A stretch of DNA of 64,000 bases from Bugula neritina. Taxonomy: Eukaryota; Animalia; Bryozoa. The notes below the pieces were generated by a model. The model searched no databases. It saw only the letters and a program-made list of their open reading frames with translations, and was not told the origin of the DNA. The stretch covers positions 23,080,628 to 23,144,627 of the forward strand of contig OZ037767.1 of the NCBI GenBank assembly GCA_964035545.1, read 5' to 3'. Positions 31,001-49,116 of the stretch are shown here, piece after piece (the stretch's first letter is position 1; each line of letters begins with the position of its first letter). Made by a program: the position numbers and the translations under genes.

Positions 31001-32942
31001 TAAGAAAAAGTCACTAGCTTCACTGGTAGGGATTAGCAGACAACCGACTTTCTTCAACTCAAGTGTGGAGTCTGAACCTCCTCAGGTACTACAGGCATGC
31101 TGGTGACAGCTTATTCTTATAGGCAGCTTCAATTGCAACAATAAATACTAACTTGAAAACAATGTAACTCTGCCTCAGATAACACAATGGGAGTCATTCT
31201 TCCTTTCTGGTAGCCAGTAGTACAAGATGTAGATAGAGTAGATAGCATATAATAGTGTTAGAGTTGATAGTATATAGTTTTATAGTATATAGTGTTAGAG
31301 TTGATAGTATATGGTTTTATAGTATATAGTGTTAGAGTTGATAGTATATAGTTTTAGAGTATATAGTGTTAGAGTTGATAGTATATAGTTTTAGAGTATA
31401 TAGTGTTAGAGTTGATAGTATATAGTGTTAGAGTAGATAGTATATAGTGTTAGAGTAGATAGTATATAGTTTTAGAGTATATAGTGTTAGAGTTGATAGT
31501 ATATAGTGTTAGAGTTGATAGTATATAGTGTTAGAGTTGATAGTATATAGTGTTAGAGTAGATAGTATATAGTGTTAGAGTAGATAGTATATAGTGTTAG
31601 AGTAAATAGTGTTAGAGTAGACAGTATATAATGTTAGGATAGTATAAAGTATACATAAAGTTAACTGAGCTGATGAATGAAATTTACCTTCAGATCTATA
31701 TCAACCGAGGTTATACCAACAGCGGAGATGATGGTCTACAGAAGCCAGGACCAATTGGAAAACCCACCCCCAGTCGTCTTCCTCCACTTGGTATGATTTC
31801 CTGTCACACAACTAGTACTTCATGATCTAATGTACTCTATACACTCTCTAGTAGATATACTCTATGCACTCTCTAGTAGATATACTCTATACACTCTCTA
31901 TTAGATATACTCTATACACTCTCTATTAGATATACTCTATACACGCTCTAGTATATATACTCTATACACTCTCTATTAGATATACTCTATACACTCTCTA
32001 TTATATATACTCTATACACTCTCTATTATATATACTCTATATACTCTCTATTAGATATACTCTATACACTCTCTATTAGATATACTCTATACACTCTCTA
32101 TTATATATACTCTATACACTCTCTATTACATATACTCTATACACTCTTTATTAGATATACTCTATACACCCTCTATTACATATACTCTATACACTCTCTA
32201 TTACATATACTCTGTATACTCTCTAGTATATATACTCTGTATACTCTCTATTACATATACTCTATACACTCTCTATTAGATATACTCTGTACACTCTCTA
32301 TTACATATACTCTATATACCCTCTAGTATATATACTCTGTATACTCTCTATTATATATACTCTATACACTCTCTAGTAGATGTGCTCCGTATACCCTTTA
32401 GTATATATATTCTATAATGTACTATATATTCCTAATTACATAACCAACATAATGTACATGTTCTAGTGCTAGATTCCACAACTCAAGTTTTGCTTTTCAG
32501 TGCTCATAAACACAATTTTATTCTTAGACACACATAGGCCTTGGTAAACAGCTTTAGGGTGTTTCATCAGATCAATGAAAACTCCTGTAGGTTTATAGTT
32601 GCCATTTCCATAAGAACCCAAAAGGGTTTTCTAAGCTGGCTAAGGACATTTTTGATATTGTGGTAAAGAACAATTGTGACTGGATGCTCTTCCTAATATC
32701 ACCAATGACATTTACTGGCAATCGAACCACGGACCTCGTGTTTACTAAGCCAATGCTCAAGCCCCTAGACCACATCAGATCAATAAAACTCTGATATTTT
32801 AGGTGGAAAACTACCACCAATTGGAGGAGGCACTGCATTACCCCCCATTCACCTAAGCAGTACCCAAGTTGAGAAAATATCGCAAACTGTTGAAAGTAGT
32901 CCAGAATCTGAGGCAGATGACAGATATGTTGATGGGTGGTAA
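26449..32942 (+). CDS. Type I membrane protein: signal peptide, 2 CUB domains, TM, long disordered RPGTA-repeat tail (CUB-TM gene 1), up to ~623 aa
   Basis: Exons 26449-26500, 26598-26642, 27045-27229, 27706-27886, 28322-28503, 28987-29212, 29635-29769, 29985-30440, 30547-30612, 30979-31085, 31694-31790, 32803-32942 (1872 nt, in frame). CUB motifs ECAG...ANCSW, FTSDSSYESEGLKI, IQSPNYPDIY, FQSDNYLNAKGFSIEY. TM VIIVLTLLLVAALTAILVYMFYY followed by KPKK. Confidence 0.8.
26672..26830. mobile_element. Diverged second copy of the 14035 MITE family, in intron 2 of CUB-TM gene 1
   Basis: Shares actgtttcca-N-cgaatgaaaaatccattcgcataat with ~14116-14154. Degenerate termini cattacgtcttcatg / catggagagcaatg. 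Confidence 0.45.
27339..27550 (-). mobile_element. tRNA-derived SINE, copy 2
   Basis: Head gcagcagtggtcaaggggttagagcg...ggttcgaaccc, with the same core and tail (aaaactc...gtttatagtcgccat on the + strand) as copy 1. Confidence 0.8.
27955..28032. repeat. (GT)n/(GCGT)n microsatellite
   Basis: Direct inspection. Confidence 0.95.
30077..30443 (+). repeat. 21-bp coding tandem repeat, 17 full units plus a partial, encoding RPG(T/N)Ax(G/R)
   Basis: Unit agaccaggtactgctg(c/a/t)(g/t)gga, in frame within exon 8 of CUB-TM gene 1. Confidence 0.95.
31235..31640. repeat. Intronic ~22-bp tandem repeat (tatatagtgttagagt(t/a)gatag)
   Basis: Direct inspection. Confidence 0.9.
31833..32400. repeat. Intronic 25-bp tandem repeat (tatactctatacactctctattaga)
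   Basis: Direct inspection. Confidence 0.9.
32578..32773 (-). mobile_element. tRNA-derived SINE, copy 3
   Basis: gtggtctagggg...ggttcgattgcc head, and the tggatgctcttcctaatatcaccaatg core shared with copies 1 and 2. Confidence 0.75.
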
Positions 32943-34032
32943 TATGCCGCCCCTCTTCTCTTACTATTTTAGAAAAAATTGTTTCATTTATTTCTCTTTG
33001 AAAGCATATAATTGTTTTTTAAAACATGTAATTGTAAATTTTTAGGTTGCCAAGTTTGTGCATAATTACACACTAAACAACATATATATTTATACTGTGT
33101 TTTATAAAAAAAAATATTGATACAATATGGTATACACAATTTTTTCAGTGTATAGACATTTTGAATAATTTGCTAACAACAAAATAGGTTATACAACTTC
33201 ACAATGAAATAATTAATCTAAACTAGCCAGAGAACCCTCCAACTTTGTTTGTTATTCATTTTTGAAGGAGAACATAATTATTAACATGAATAGACTTGGC
33301 TATGCTGCTGCAATTATCTCTTCTTTATATTTATTTTTGGTAAATTAACAAACTTTTGTGAATCATAACTTATCAAATATTACCCTTCCTAAAGATGATT
33401 ACATGGCAAAAATTTTTAAATGCACATGTAATTAATATGTAACAGCTCTTTTCACATTGTATGTTCATTGGGGCTAGTAATATGCATTGCTATCTGTATC
33501 TAGATGAAACTTTCTTTATCTCAATTTTATTTATTAATTAGTTTAAATTCATTATCCATTTTTTGCATTTATAGTTTATTCTTAATTATTTAATTTTTGT
33601 TTTAAAGCTCAGAATAAAAATAATTATACGAAATGTTGAGTATTGCATTAACTTGTGATTGTGAATAAATGACACAATTGGCTAGTGATAAGGTAAGCAT
33701 TATGTGCTGCTAGGAACAACAATATAAAAACATAAGCCACTGCTACTAAGTAGACAGACCACTAGAATATAAAATGCATATATTATTGATTATTTAATCA
33801 ATATGAGGGAAAATATAATATTGTTGTTGAGTTGGCGAAAATCGATGATTGCTTTGTTTAAGCAATTGTGAATAGATATCTTGTCACATGCCTTGTGGTG
33901 TTGAGATGCATCTATATACTACTTATTCAGACCCACGGCGTATTTACACGTAGATATCTAAATGCATGTAATGTAATACGGATATAAAACCTACAAGTAG
34001 GTCTATAGACTCAGCGTCACAAACAAAGCAAG

Positions 34033-39657
<5,625 letters not shown>

Positions 39658-41620
39658 CTTCAATCAACCTATAGCGCATCTATTACTTTATAATATAGTA
39701 GAGTTCACAATTTGCACCAAAATTGATCATTTATTAACATTTTGTGTAGACAGCACAGAATAACATGACGTAATTGCTCTTACTTTGATTTTGCATATTT
39801 CATAGTTGTTGGATTGATTTAAAATATTTCATGTGGAAGACATTACATTACGATTTTGTTTATATTTATCAGCTTTGTGACAAGGGTTCTGATTGGCTCA
39901 ACTACTGCAGACGTCACTCTAGTTATAGCTTGACCTAACAATAAGATTTACCTGCTCTAATTAATTTTCGATTTTCAATATTCATAGTATAGTTCCAGAT
40001 TTAATTTTACACCAAAGAGTTAGAAAATTAAACTTGAAGACAGACCACAGGATAATCACAGTTGCCAATAAATGGTGGAACTGAAGCTTTAGTTTAGTTG
40101 AGGTCAAAATTTACTGATAATGATCTGTATTAGCTAAGGTCAATTATAGCCTGTATCTTACACTTATAGTTTTAATAATACAGCTTTCTATGGTTTTCTA
40201 TAATAATACATTATTTCAAACTTATACTAATAGGGTTTTGATTTTTAAATATTGTATTAGAAATACATTTACCAGAGTGTTTCATAAAAATTACCGTGTT
40301 TTTTGCTCATTATGTGAGCTAGCTTGTGAGGTGAATAAATTATATGTGTTATTATAGCTCATTCTTATAATAGCATAGTCTGTTTAGCTGCTCTGAGAAG
40401 GAATAAAACTACAGATTTATTTTCCTGCAGTGTGGCTATATATTTGATTAACAGCCACAAAATGTTTAATTTTTCACCTAGACGGCTGTGGCCATGCATG
40501 GGTATCCATATTCTTTGTATTAAATATTCAGTGTATGTCACTCTGTAAATAACAGCTACATTAAAAGTAATGCGTTTCACAAAATATTTTCTATAAACAT
40601 GGCAACTTATTACTGTGCATTTTTAATGTAGAGTTACAGGTAGGTGCAGTAACAGAGAAATTGAAAAAACATGAGTTTCAAATAAAAGCAATTATATACA
40701 AATTGCAACCTGTACTTCACACTGAAGCTCCTTCAACAAATTAGAGAATTTAAATTTTCAAATTTTTCAGTTATTGCATCGAAATGCTATTGTAAAGCAT
40801 TGATAAGGTCTAGATATGAATGGAAGGTCATACTCAACAAGCTAGCTATATTTCAGCAAATATGGTTAAGCATTATTTAAAATTTACCTAGCACTTTATT
40901 ATAGCTTATAGTTTATAGGCTATCGTATAAGGAAAAAGAAGCTTGGGCTATAAAAAAAGCTGATGAAATTTTGCAATTAGCATATCCAATTACCAGGAAT
41001 TTATTAATAAGTATTCCATAAATAAAAAATAATTATAGCACATTATAAAATTACATTGAAAATATTTCTGAAACCAACTCAATTGAATTTAATCACATAA
41101 ATATAAAAATTTAGATTGTTTCTAATAAAACAAAAGAAAGCACATTATAGTGTTTGTAGTGGACAATCTTTTGCAGAGTTTAGAAATACTGTTATAGGAA
41201 ATGCTTATATACTTGAGAAGTAACACTCATGTGAAAGCATAAGTGTAACAAAACTATATTCACACAAACAATTCATGAAAACAAATTTTAAAATAGTGAA
41301 ATGAAACAATTATTGCACACTGACCAATAAAATAAATCGATTTAATTACTGCAGTACTGCACTGAATTCTTATCCAATTGAAGTGAGTTATTTATTAATT
41401 GTCATCTAAAGAATAGTGATTTAGCAATTAACTATGTGGAATGAAAATACGGTTTCTTAAGAAACTTTCTTCCTACTTTTGCATTGAATACTTAAGCATA
41501 AGTTGCTCAATCAAGCTTACATAGCAATATAATACTAAGTTTCATTTCAGTCTTTCAGTTTTTATAATGTTGTTTGAACCTAAATGCAACGTAGTATAGA
41601 GCTTTCCATGTTTCTGCGTA

Positions 41621-44600
41621 TTAATGGAACAACTCCTCATAGTAGTTGGCATCTTCTGCTACGGAATATTCGTAGCTCTCCCCATTGGCTATTGTCTAAA
41701 AAATCATGAACAGATGGCAAGCTTCAGAATATAATGAGTGTTAAATATATTTCAATAGATGGAATTTATTCATTCATTTTAGGAGATTTCAACTTAATGT
41801 GTTTATATTATTACTAACTTATGTTTAACTCAGACTTGAAGAGTACTAAATTTACTAGCTACTAGTTACTGATCGTAACTTCTATGGGTTGAGATTCCAT
41901 CATAGCTCACATAGTATAATGGTTAGCACACCGAGTGCAATTAAAAAATCTGAGATTCAACCCCCAGTGAGGCCAGCTACTTTAAATACTATCTACTGGA
42001 GCTGCTGCATTCTACCTACTGAGTACTACTTACTAGATACTAGCGACTGGCTACTGCATACTACCTACTGAGTACTACTTACTAGATACTAGCGACTGGC
42101 TACTGCATACTACCTATTGAGTACTACTTACTAGATACTAGCGGCTGGCTACTGCATACTACCTATTGACTACTACTTACTAGATACTAGCGACTGGCTA
42201 CTGCATACTACCTATTGACTACTACTTACTAAGTACCACTTACACTTTATTATCTACACAATGCTCCTTCTACACTAGTACAAAATACACATCAGAGTAA
42301 ATAGGAGGAAGTAACGTCGGCAACCAAAGCCTATTATTCTTCAACCTACCGTCTTATACCATGCAGAATGTGGTGGCTGTCCACTTGAAGCATCACATAG
42401 GTGTGTATAATGAAGTTCTTCATTTATGCCAACATTAGATGCAGGTTGGGGAGGAGCAACCAGTCCCGTATTATTAGAGATAGCAGTGTTAACTACAGAC
42501 TCAGTGTCCAGCTTGGTGTAGACGTGTACTTCTGGTACAAACAACTCATTTGTCTGCCCCTGTATATGCTCATAATAACCGCCATGTTCTATGAAGTTTA
42601 AATCTTTCCTTCCTTTGAGACTTCCTGACTTTGACCGACGCTTTGAATGACCTGAGTGAAAAAGTCAATCAATTTGACAACCAAAAAAATGTAAATGCTG
42701 AAAGTCAATGCTATAAGCATGACTTGAAGCTATGAGTTTTGCATTTAATGATTATAGGGGGTAACAAGTACATCAGTATACTGCAGTTACTTTTATGCAT
42801 GGAAAGCTATTGACTATTGCAGCTACTGGAGAGTCGGAGTTTTGCTAATTCTATCTCTGTCACAAAGTAATTGAGATTGTGTGCACTATTAGATTAGTAT
42901 GACTCACCAATAATTAATTGGTGAGTAACATAGCTAAAATTCAATATAAAAAATTGACAATGAAATAGATTACCTCTAACTTGAAGGTTATAAATAGTTC
43001 TGATAAATTCACTTTGCTGGTTGCATGAGATTATGTAATGAAGTATAATAATGTACAACTGTAATGCATTGACAATAATCATTTTAAACGAAGCAAAGAT
43101 TTTACTCCAGCTGATGGATGAGCAATAAAGTAGCAAAAGTCAAACAGACCTTTACATGTTGTGTTCCCTCTATCCAAACAAACTTGACATGGCTGCTGGG
43201 GTTTGGAAGCGCCTCTTTTCAGCGACGACTTTCTTGAACTCTTGACGTCCTTTCTGTTGAACAGTACGTCAACAAGATCTGAATGAATTTCTTTCATCAT
43301 CTCCAACTCTTTTTCGTCTACGTCTAACTTTTCTGGTACATTTATTTTCAATTTCTTACGCTCTTGACTTTTGCTAGAAACAAAGTTACCATTTGGTACT
43401 CAATATAATAATATATACATTTAATTTTTTTAGCATTATAGTAGCTACACAAGTGTGCTATAGCAGCGCACTACAGTTTACTACAGTGTGGTATAACAGT
43501 GTATTACAATGCACTACGACAGTGTATTACAATGCACTACGACAGTGTATTACAGTGCACAACTACAGTGTATTACAGTGCCCTACAAAAGCGTTCTATA
43601 GCAGTGTATTACAGTGTGGTATAACAGTGTGGTATAGTAATGCACTATATTGTACTATAACAGTGTACTAAATTGTGCTACAGCAGTGTGGTCTAACAGT
43701 GAACTATATAATGCTAGTAGTTTAGTAGACAAATAGAACTCACCTGCGTCTATAAAGAATAGCCATGATCAAGACTGCACATGCCACTACGGCAAGTACA
43801 AGCAACAATGTCCCTGCAATCATCATGATAGTCGAAGACTGTAAGTGTGACTCTTTATATTTGGGGACGGGTGAAAACGTCACATTATAAAATGTAGAGT
43901 TGAACGATGGTGAATGCCGTGAAGATATGGGAGGTGTGGTGAATAGGCTGGTGGTAACCCACATATCTGCAAGAGACATGTTTTCAAGGAAACATCTTAA
44001 CTATGACTTGATACACTAGCTTGTATTCTGTAAGACAATATATTCAAGACACATTTCAGGGTAGTTGCAAAGACAAGTTTAAATTCTAAGCAAGTGGAAA
44101 CTATAAAATGCAAGAATTTTTACTGATTGCAGCTTTTAAAACAAAAGTCATAAACTAAACTCTAAAGGTTTAGAACTAACGAAGATCTAGGACTATATGC
44201 CACATTGATTTGTATAGTAAAATAATCATATGGCACATGATCATATTATGTCTCTTTCAATGCAATAGACACTTGCTTAGGGGTAATGCCCTTACAAAAT
44301 AGGCTTAGTTTGTTATTTTGTGCATTTCCCAATAGGCTATTATTTCTTAAAATCTGAAACGAAGCAAACTACAAAATTGTAATAACAATGAAATTTGATT
44401 ACTTCATAATGAAATGTTGTTGCTATATCAGATAGACAAAGTAGACATTTTCCATTTAAACTTTTATCACTACTATATTATAAATAATATTCTTAGCATT
44501 AGGCTTAGTTCTGGGGTTTATAAGTTATGGTAAAAATTTTGTCTAGAATTTGTCTAAATTTTTTATCAACGATTTATCAAGCTTGTAATGCTATATGAAA

Positions 44601-44970
44601 CAAGTTAACAATTTGGAGGTCTCTTATAGCCCTTTTGACCATCTAGCTGTTAAGACAGTCATTTAGTAGACAGCTATTTATATACATTTTTATGATTTAC
44701 TGTTTGGGTTACTATTTGTCCTCCCCCCCAACCAAGTTTAGGTTTTGAATCAACATAGTACAGAAGAAAACCAAAATCAACTGCTAATGCCACAATTTAT
44801 ATTTACAGAACATTGTTGAGCATAATTGTAACTAACAGCAACCTTTATTACTACAACTTACAGTTATGTATTTATTTTGTCTCACTACTACAGTTATACA
44901 TGAGTTCTCCGCAACTTAAAAGTGACTAATTTTCACTGCATAAAAGCTTATAATGCTTACCTTCATCCAT
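41621..44970 (-). CDS. Uncharacterised type III single-pass membrane protein with multiple cytoplasmic tyrosine motifs (transmembrane-adaptor-like), ~277 aa
   Basis: Minus-strand exons 44970-44961 (ATG inside the 18-nt microexon 44978-44961), 43966-43744, 43373-43150, 42651-42350, 41695-41621 (834 nt, phases 1/2/1/0 consistent). Short Ser/Thr-rich N-terminus with NST/NVT sequons. TM IMMIAGTLLLVLAVVACAVLIMAILY followed by RRSKSQERKK. Tail contains YYEHI, VYTKL, LHYTHL and YYEELFH*. Confidence 0.75.
42005..42230. repeat. 49-bp minisatellite, ~4.6 copies
   Basis: Unit ctgcatactacctattgagtactacttactagatactagcgactggcta. Confidence 0.9.
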
Positions 44971-45830
44971 TACTTAGTCTGAGAAATAATCCGCAACCTC
45001 ACAGTATTATGCTTATATTGAGCTATATCTAACTATAGTCACTATACCTACCAGCTACTGCTACTATGCCTAACTATACTCCTTGTACCTTTAGGTTCTA
45101 CTGCAAGTTAGTTTTTCTATTCAACAGGCATATAATTGCTTACATATGGTTCACTGATCCTACTGATAAAGGAATATATGCTATAATGTAAAGAATATAT
45201 ATAGGCTATAATGCGTATAAGATGACACAATACCTGCTACTGATTTGATGAGAGATAACTAGGTCATTTCCTGGACAGGTAGCTTCAACATGTGTTTCCT
45301 AAGATGTGCAGTTTATTATTACACACTATATAGTATATATACACAGTATATTATACACAGCATATATACACTCAACTTACCTATACTGTATTGTATACAC
45401 TGCTATTCTGTTACGCCAGTCAAGATTGGCAATTCCTTGATTCTGTCTCCATTGCGTTTTGGCACCTATGTAGTCTTCTCTCTACAAGTATAGCATACGT
45501 ACAAAATTAGCCTTGGAGCATGTGTTCGCTTCTCCCTAAACTATAAGCAGATGTTTCAAATAATGTACTCAGTTTTATATAGAAATGGGTACAACATTTT
45601 CTATGCTGTATTCTATATCGTAGTTTATAGTACAGCTGCTCTACACAGTATTTTATAAAACCCATTAAAATCGTTATTTGAACATTATAAATTTTACACT
45701 CTTGATGATCTTCTAGCAGACCAGATTAAAAATAATTGCTCTGAATTTTATACCTCCCCCCCCCCCCCCCCCCTATAAAACGTAAAGAGTATGTGAAGTA
45801 GGTGTTAAAAGCTGATGAAATGTAGATCAG

Positions 45831-46038
45831 GGAGCAGCCATGCCCTAGTGGTTAGAGTGCATGGGTAGTATGCGGCACAGGTCATTGGTTCAAGTTTAGG
45901 TCATTAGTGACGAAGAGCACCAATCAGAATTGTTCCTGTGCCTCAGTAAACGTCCCCAAACCCAGTTGCTTGCATGGTGAAAGGCACAGCCTTAGCCAGC
46001 TTTAAATGCTTTGAAATCAGAGACTGAGACTTTAAACT
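45831..46038 (+). mobile_element. tRNA-derived SINE, diverged copy 4
   Basis: ggagcagccatgccctagtggttagagtg...ggttcaag head, and a ggtcattagtgacgaagagcaccaatcagaattgttcctgtgc core similar to the other copies. Confidence 0.65.
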
Positions 46039-46089
46039 GATGTAAGCATATGGTGGAGTGTATAACACTATGTGAAGTGAATCTTAGAA

Positions 46090-46290
46090 ACATGATAGAA
46101 TGTATCGCACTGTATGAAGAGAGAAAGCTAGAAGTATGATAGAATGTATAGTTCTGTATGAAGAGAGAAAGCTAGAAGTATGATAGAATGTATAGTACTG
46201 TATGTAGAGAGAAAGTTAGAAGTATAATAGAATGTTTCAGATACTCTTTGTAGAGAGAAAGTTGGAAGCAAGATAGAATGTATAGCATTG
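46090..46290. repeat. Degenerate ~46-bp tandem repeat
   Basis: Recurring atgatagaatgtatag...gagagaaagctagaagt. Confidence 0.8.
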
Positions 46291-47790
46291 TATTCAGAAT
46301 GACATGAAGGTGGGGCAACATTAGATAACCTCATGAATACAAAATATCATTTCTATAGTTTGATCAAACAATTACATCAAGGAGAAGCTGAAGAATTTAG
46401 TTAGCCACATTGTAATCTTTATATAATAGACAAATGCACTCAACATCAGATAATAATTTGCCATAACTTGTATACAAGAATGTTGTAACCCCACCAACTA
46501 AAAGCAAGAAGGTATACAAGCACCACAACTACACCTACGCCACACCTAGTATTAAAGTGTAGGAATTAAAGTTGCTTCATCGTTATTTTAGTAATGGTCA
46601 AGTTGTTTAATTACTACAATATCTTTCTTAAATAGAGCAGCTATTTTATGAAAGTCACTGTATAAGAATAACGAATTGCATAGTGAATGAAATAGTAGTT
46701 TTAAAACTAATACTAATAGTTTAGAGAGACACAAAGCTACATCATGATTAGTTTCTGTTAGATCTGAATTAAGCTGCAACTTCAGGCAATATTCTCTGTT
46801 TTGATACTCAGTGTCCTCAATGCGAAGAAAGGTTAATGCCTCTTGAAAGTTAGATTATGAACTTTGCTTTACTATCAATAGCAATAAAAGAGACTCATGG
46901 CCCGTAATAGTTATCCATATTGATTACACTATATTATTTTAATTCTTTTTCCAGAAAGTAGCTTAGAAACTTGTTTAATTACTTAGATATGAGTTCAGTA
47001 AGTTCAAGCAGTAATAATGGTACAGTTTTGTATTTTATTCTTAAATTGGAATTTGATGAACACTTTTCTTTTGCTAAACTGCTAAACAGACATTTAATTT
47101 CTGACTGTCATGTGATGCCAAATCATGCTTCAAAAAGGAGCACTGTATAAAATGTAATATAATACAATATAATATAATATGATATGACATAATATAACAT
47201 AATATATGTAATGTAATATAATCTAACATAAAGTAATATAATCTAGCATAAAGTAATGTAATATAATGTCCACTTAAGCTTTCTTCAGTGCCCAAAAAAC
47301 TGCTTGTTGAAATTATATATAATTATAAACATGGGTTCTCATTTGGGAATACAGAATATATAACTTAGCTGCCTCTGATAACCAGTACTGCTGTATAAGC
47401 TACATCCCTTAGCAGTAGGTGCAGGAATACAATTTCTTTAAAATATAGTGTTGGTTCTAGCAGTAGGTTGTAACATGGGGATTGTCCAATTACATAGAAA
47501 GTACTATTAGCCCAAACTTAAAATAGAATAAAAATAGCAAACCTAAGCTAAATCAAAATCTACAACTCAGCCCCCAACAGACTTTTTGGTATTTTGTATT
47601 TCTCACTCAGGTGTGTTCTGGTGCTAACCTAGTCAAATTGACTTTTTCCTAAAATGCATAGTTTTTTATGAAATGCTGAAAGTTAAAATCTGCTCTTAAA
47701 ACTACGAAAATTTAACTTCATTGCTAAACACTGAAGTGTTGCTGTACATTCTATGGTACATACTTAAGCACATACACATAATATATGATG

Positions 47791-47792
<2 letters not shown>

Positions 47793-47882
<90 letters not shown>

Positions 47883-47899
47883 CATTATATATTATATAT

Positions 47900-47961
<62 letters not shown>
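47793..47961. repeat. (TA)n microsatellite flanking the left end of the PLE
   Basis: Direct inspection. A matching (TA)n tract lies at 50748-50921 on the right side. Confidence 0.95.
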
Positions 47962-47964
<3 letters not shown>

Positions 47965-48074
47965 TCTATATTAAAAAATGAATCAAAAGAACTCAATATT
48001 TCAAAAAATAGAGTATTTATATTTGGTACTGATATAATTTTGGATATAAAATAAACTTATATATTCATTCTTTT

Positions 48075-48121
48075 CGACTACAATATTGTTTCACGTAGTG
48101 CGAGCTACGATCATCAGGTCG
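48075..48121 (-). ncRNA. Minimal type I hammerhead ribozyme (inverted copy)
   Basis: Exact reverse complement of 50649-50695. Confidence 0.85.
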
Positions 48122-48232
48122 TTGTGTGTACGGTTGAGTGATTTTGTTTTGAAATTAGCATTGTTTATGTATCGTTACGCTGGAATGTCTTAACTAGCGT
48201 CTGTTGAATGCGCAAGCAAAAATCTACGCTTA

Positions 48233-48577
48233 AGCCTAGGGCCACACTGTGCGTATTTTCGCATGCGAAAATTAAAATCACAAGTAGCAAAGGTGTCCAC
48301 TGTAGCGTCAGTGATGCGTGATAAATAAAGCTTTCATTTTTAAATCGCACTCGCTTTCAATAAAACGCAATTTACTGGAATATAGCACTAAATAAAGAAA
48401 TTGGGCTCGCTGAATAACTACCAGCCAATTAGGTGACGACGACAGAGACGATTCGCACTTGCGTTGAAAATGCAGAGCGACAAGTGCGAATGTTTTCTCG
48501 ACGCGCACAGTGGACACCTTTGCTACTTGTGATTTCAATTTTCGCATGCGAAAATACGCACCGTGTGGCCCTAGGCT
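48233..48577. mobile_element. MITE (345 bp) with ~71-bp terminal inverted repeats, inserted in the inverted PLE arm
   Basis: TIRs 48233-48303 and 48507-48577 (agcctagggccacac...gtgtccactgt) differ at 2 positions. The empty site acgcttatgtct is visible in the other arm. Apparent TA duplication, with the junction ambiguous by 1 nt. Confidence 0.9.
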
Positions 48578-49116
48578 ATGTCTGCACGTAGTGGAGAGCT
48601 CTTTTCGTTTGTTGAGGGAGGATAATTCCGGTTGTTTTAAACTTATATATTTCTCATAGCTGCATAGGTTACATCTGTTGGTTGGGTTTGAGTAGGATTT
48701 GCAAATTTTTAAAATATTCCATTTTAAGCTGAATTTCGTGTTGTTGTCTTTTAAATTCCAGATGTGTCTGCTGAGTTGTGTGCTGTTGGCTTTATCTGCA
48801 TGTAGGAAAGAGGCTTTATGGTTATTGAATCTGGTTTTGAAGGTAGTCGAACAGAGTCCTATGTATGAATGGCTGGAATTATTGTCCTGTCTTGTCACAG
48901 TTGCTTGGTATATTACGTTTTTGTATAAGCATTTACCATTTAGTGGACAGTTAGAAGGTTGTTTGCAGTTACATTGTGTGTCATTTAGTTTAGTAGTGGT
49001 AGTAGGGATGTGTGCGGTTTTAAGTTTGTGTTGGTTCGAGCCATCAATGATATTTTTCATGTTGGGCATGCATGAATAACCTGGTGTTCAGTTGATATGT
49101 TGATAAAGTGTGACGC

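Noticed and set aside
41905-41975. tRNA gene
   Set aside because: Only degenerate A/B-box-like words and no cloverleaf. At most a SINE or tRNA relic. The four SINE heads are likewise not functional tRNAs.
47721-48054. ORFs with YIYI, SLSL, RACV or HTTP runs here and at 15233, 16838, 27917, 37293, 50733 and 53318
   Set aside because: Translations of microsatellites.
48308-48577. Novel C-terminal extension on the GIY-YIG ORF 48308-49069
   Set aside because: Read-through into the inserted MITE, not a real domain.
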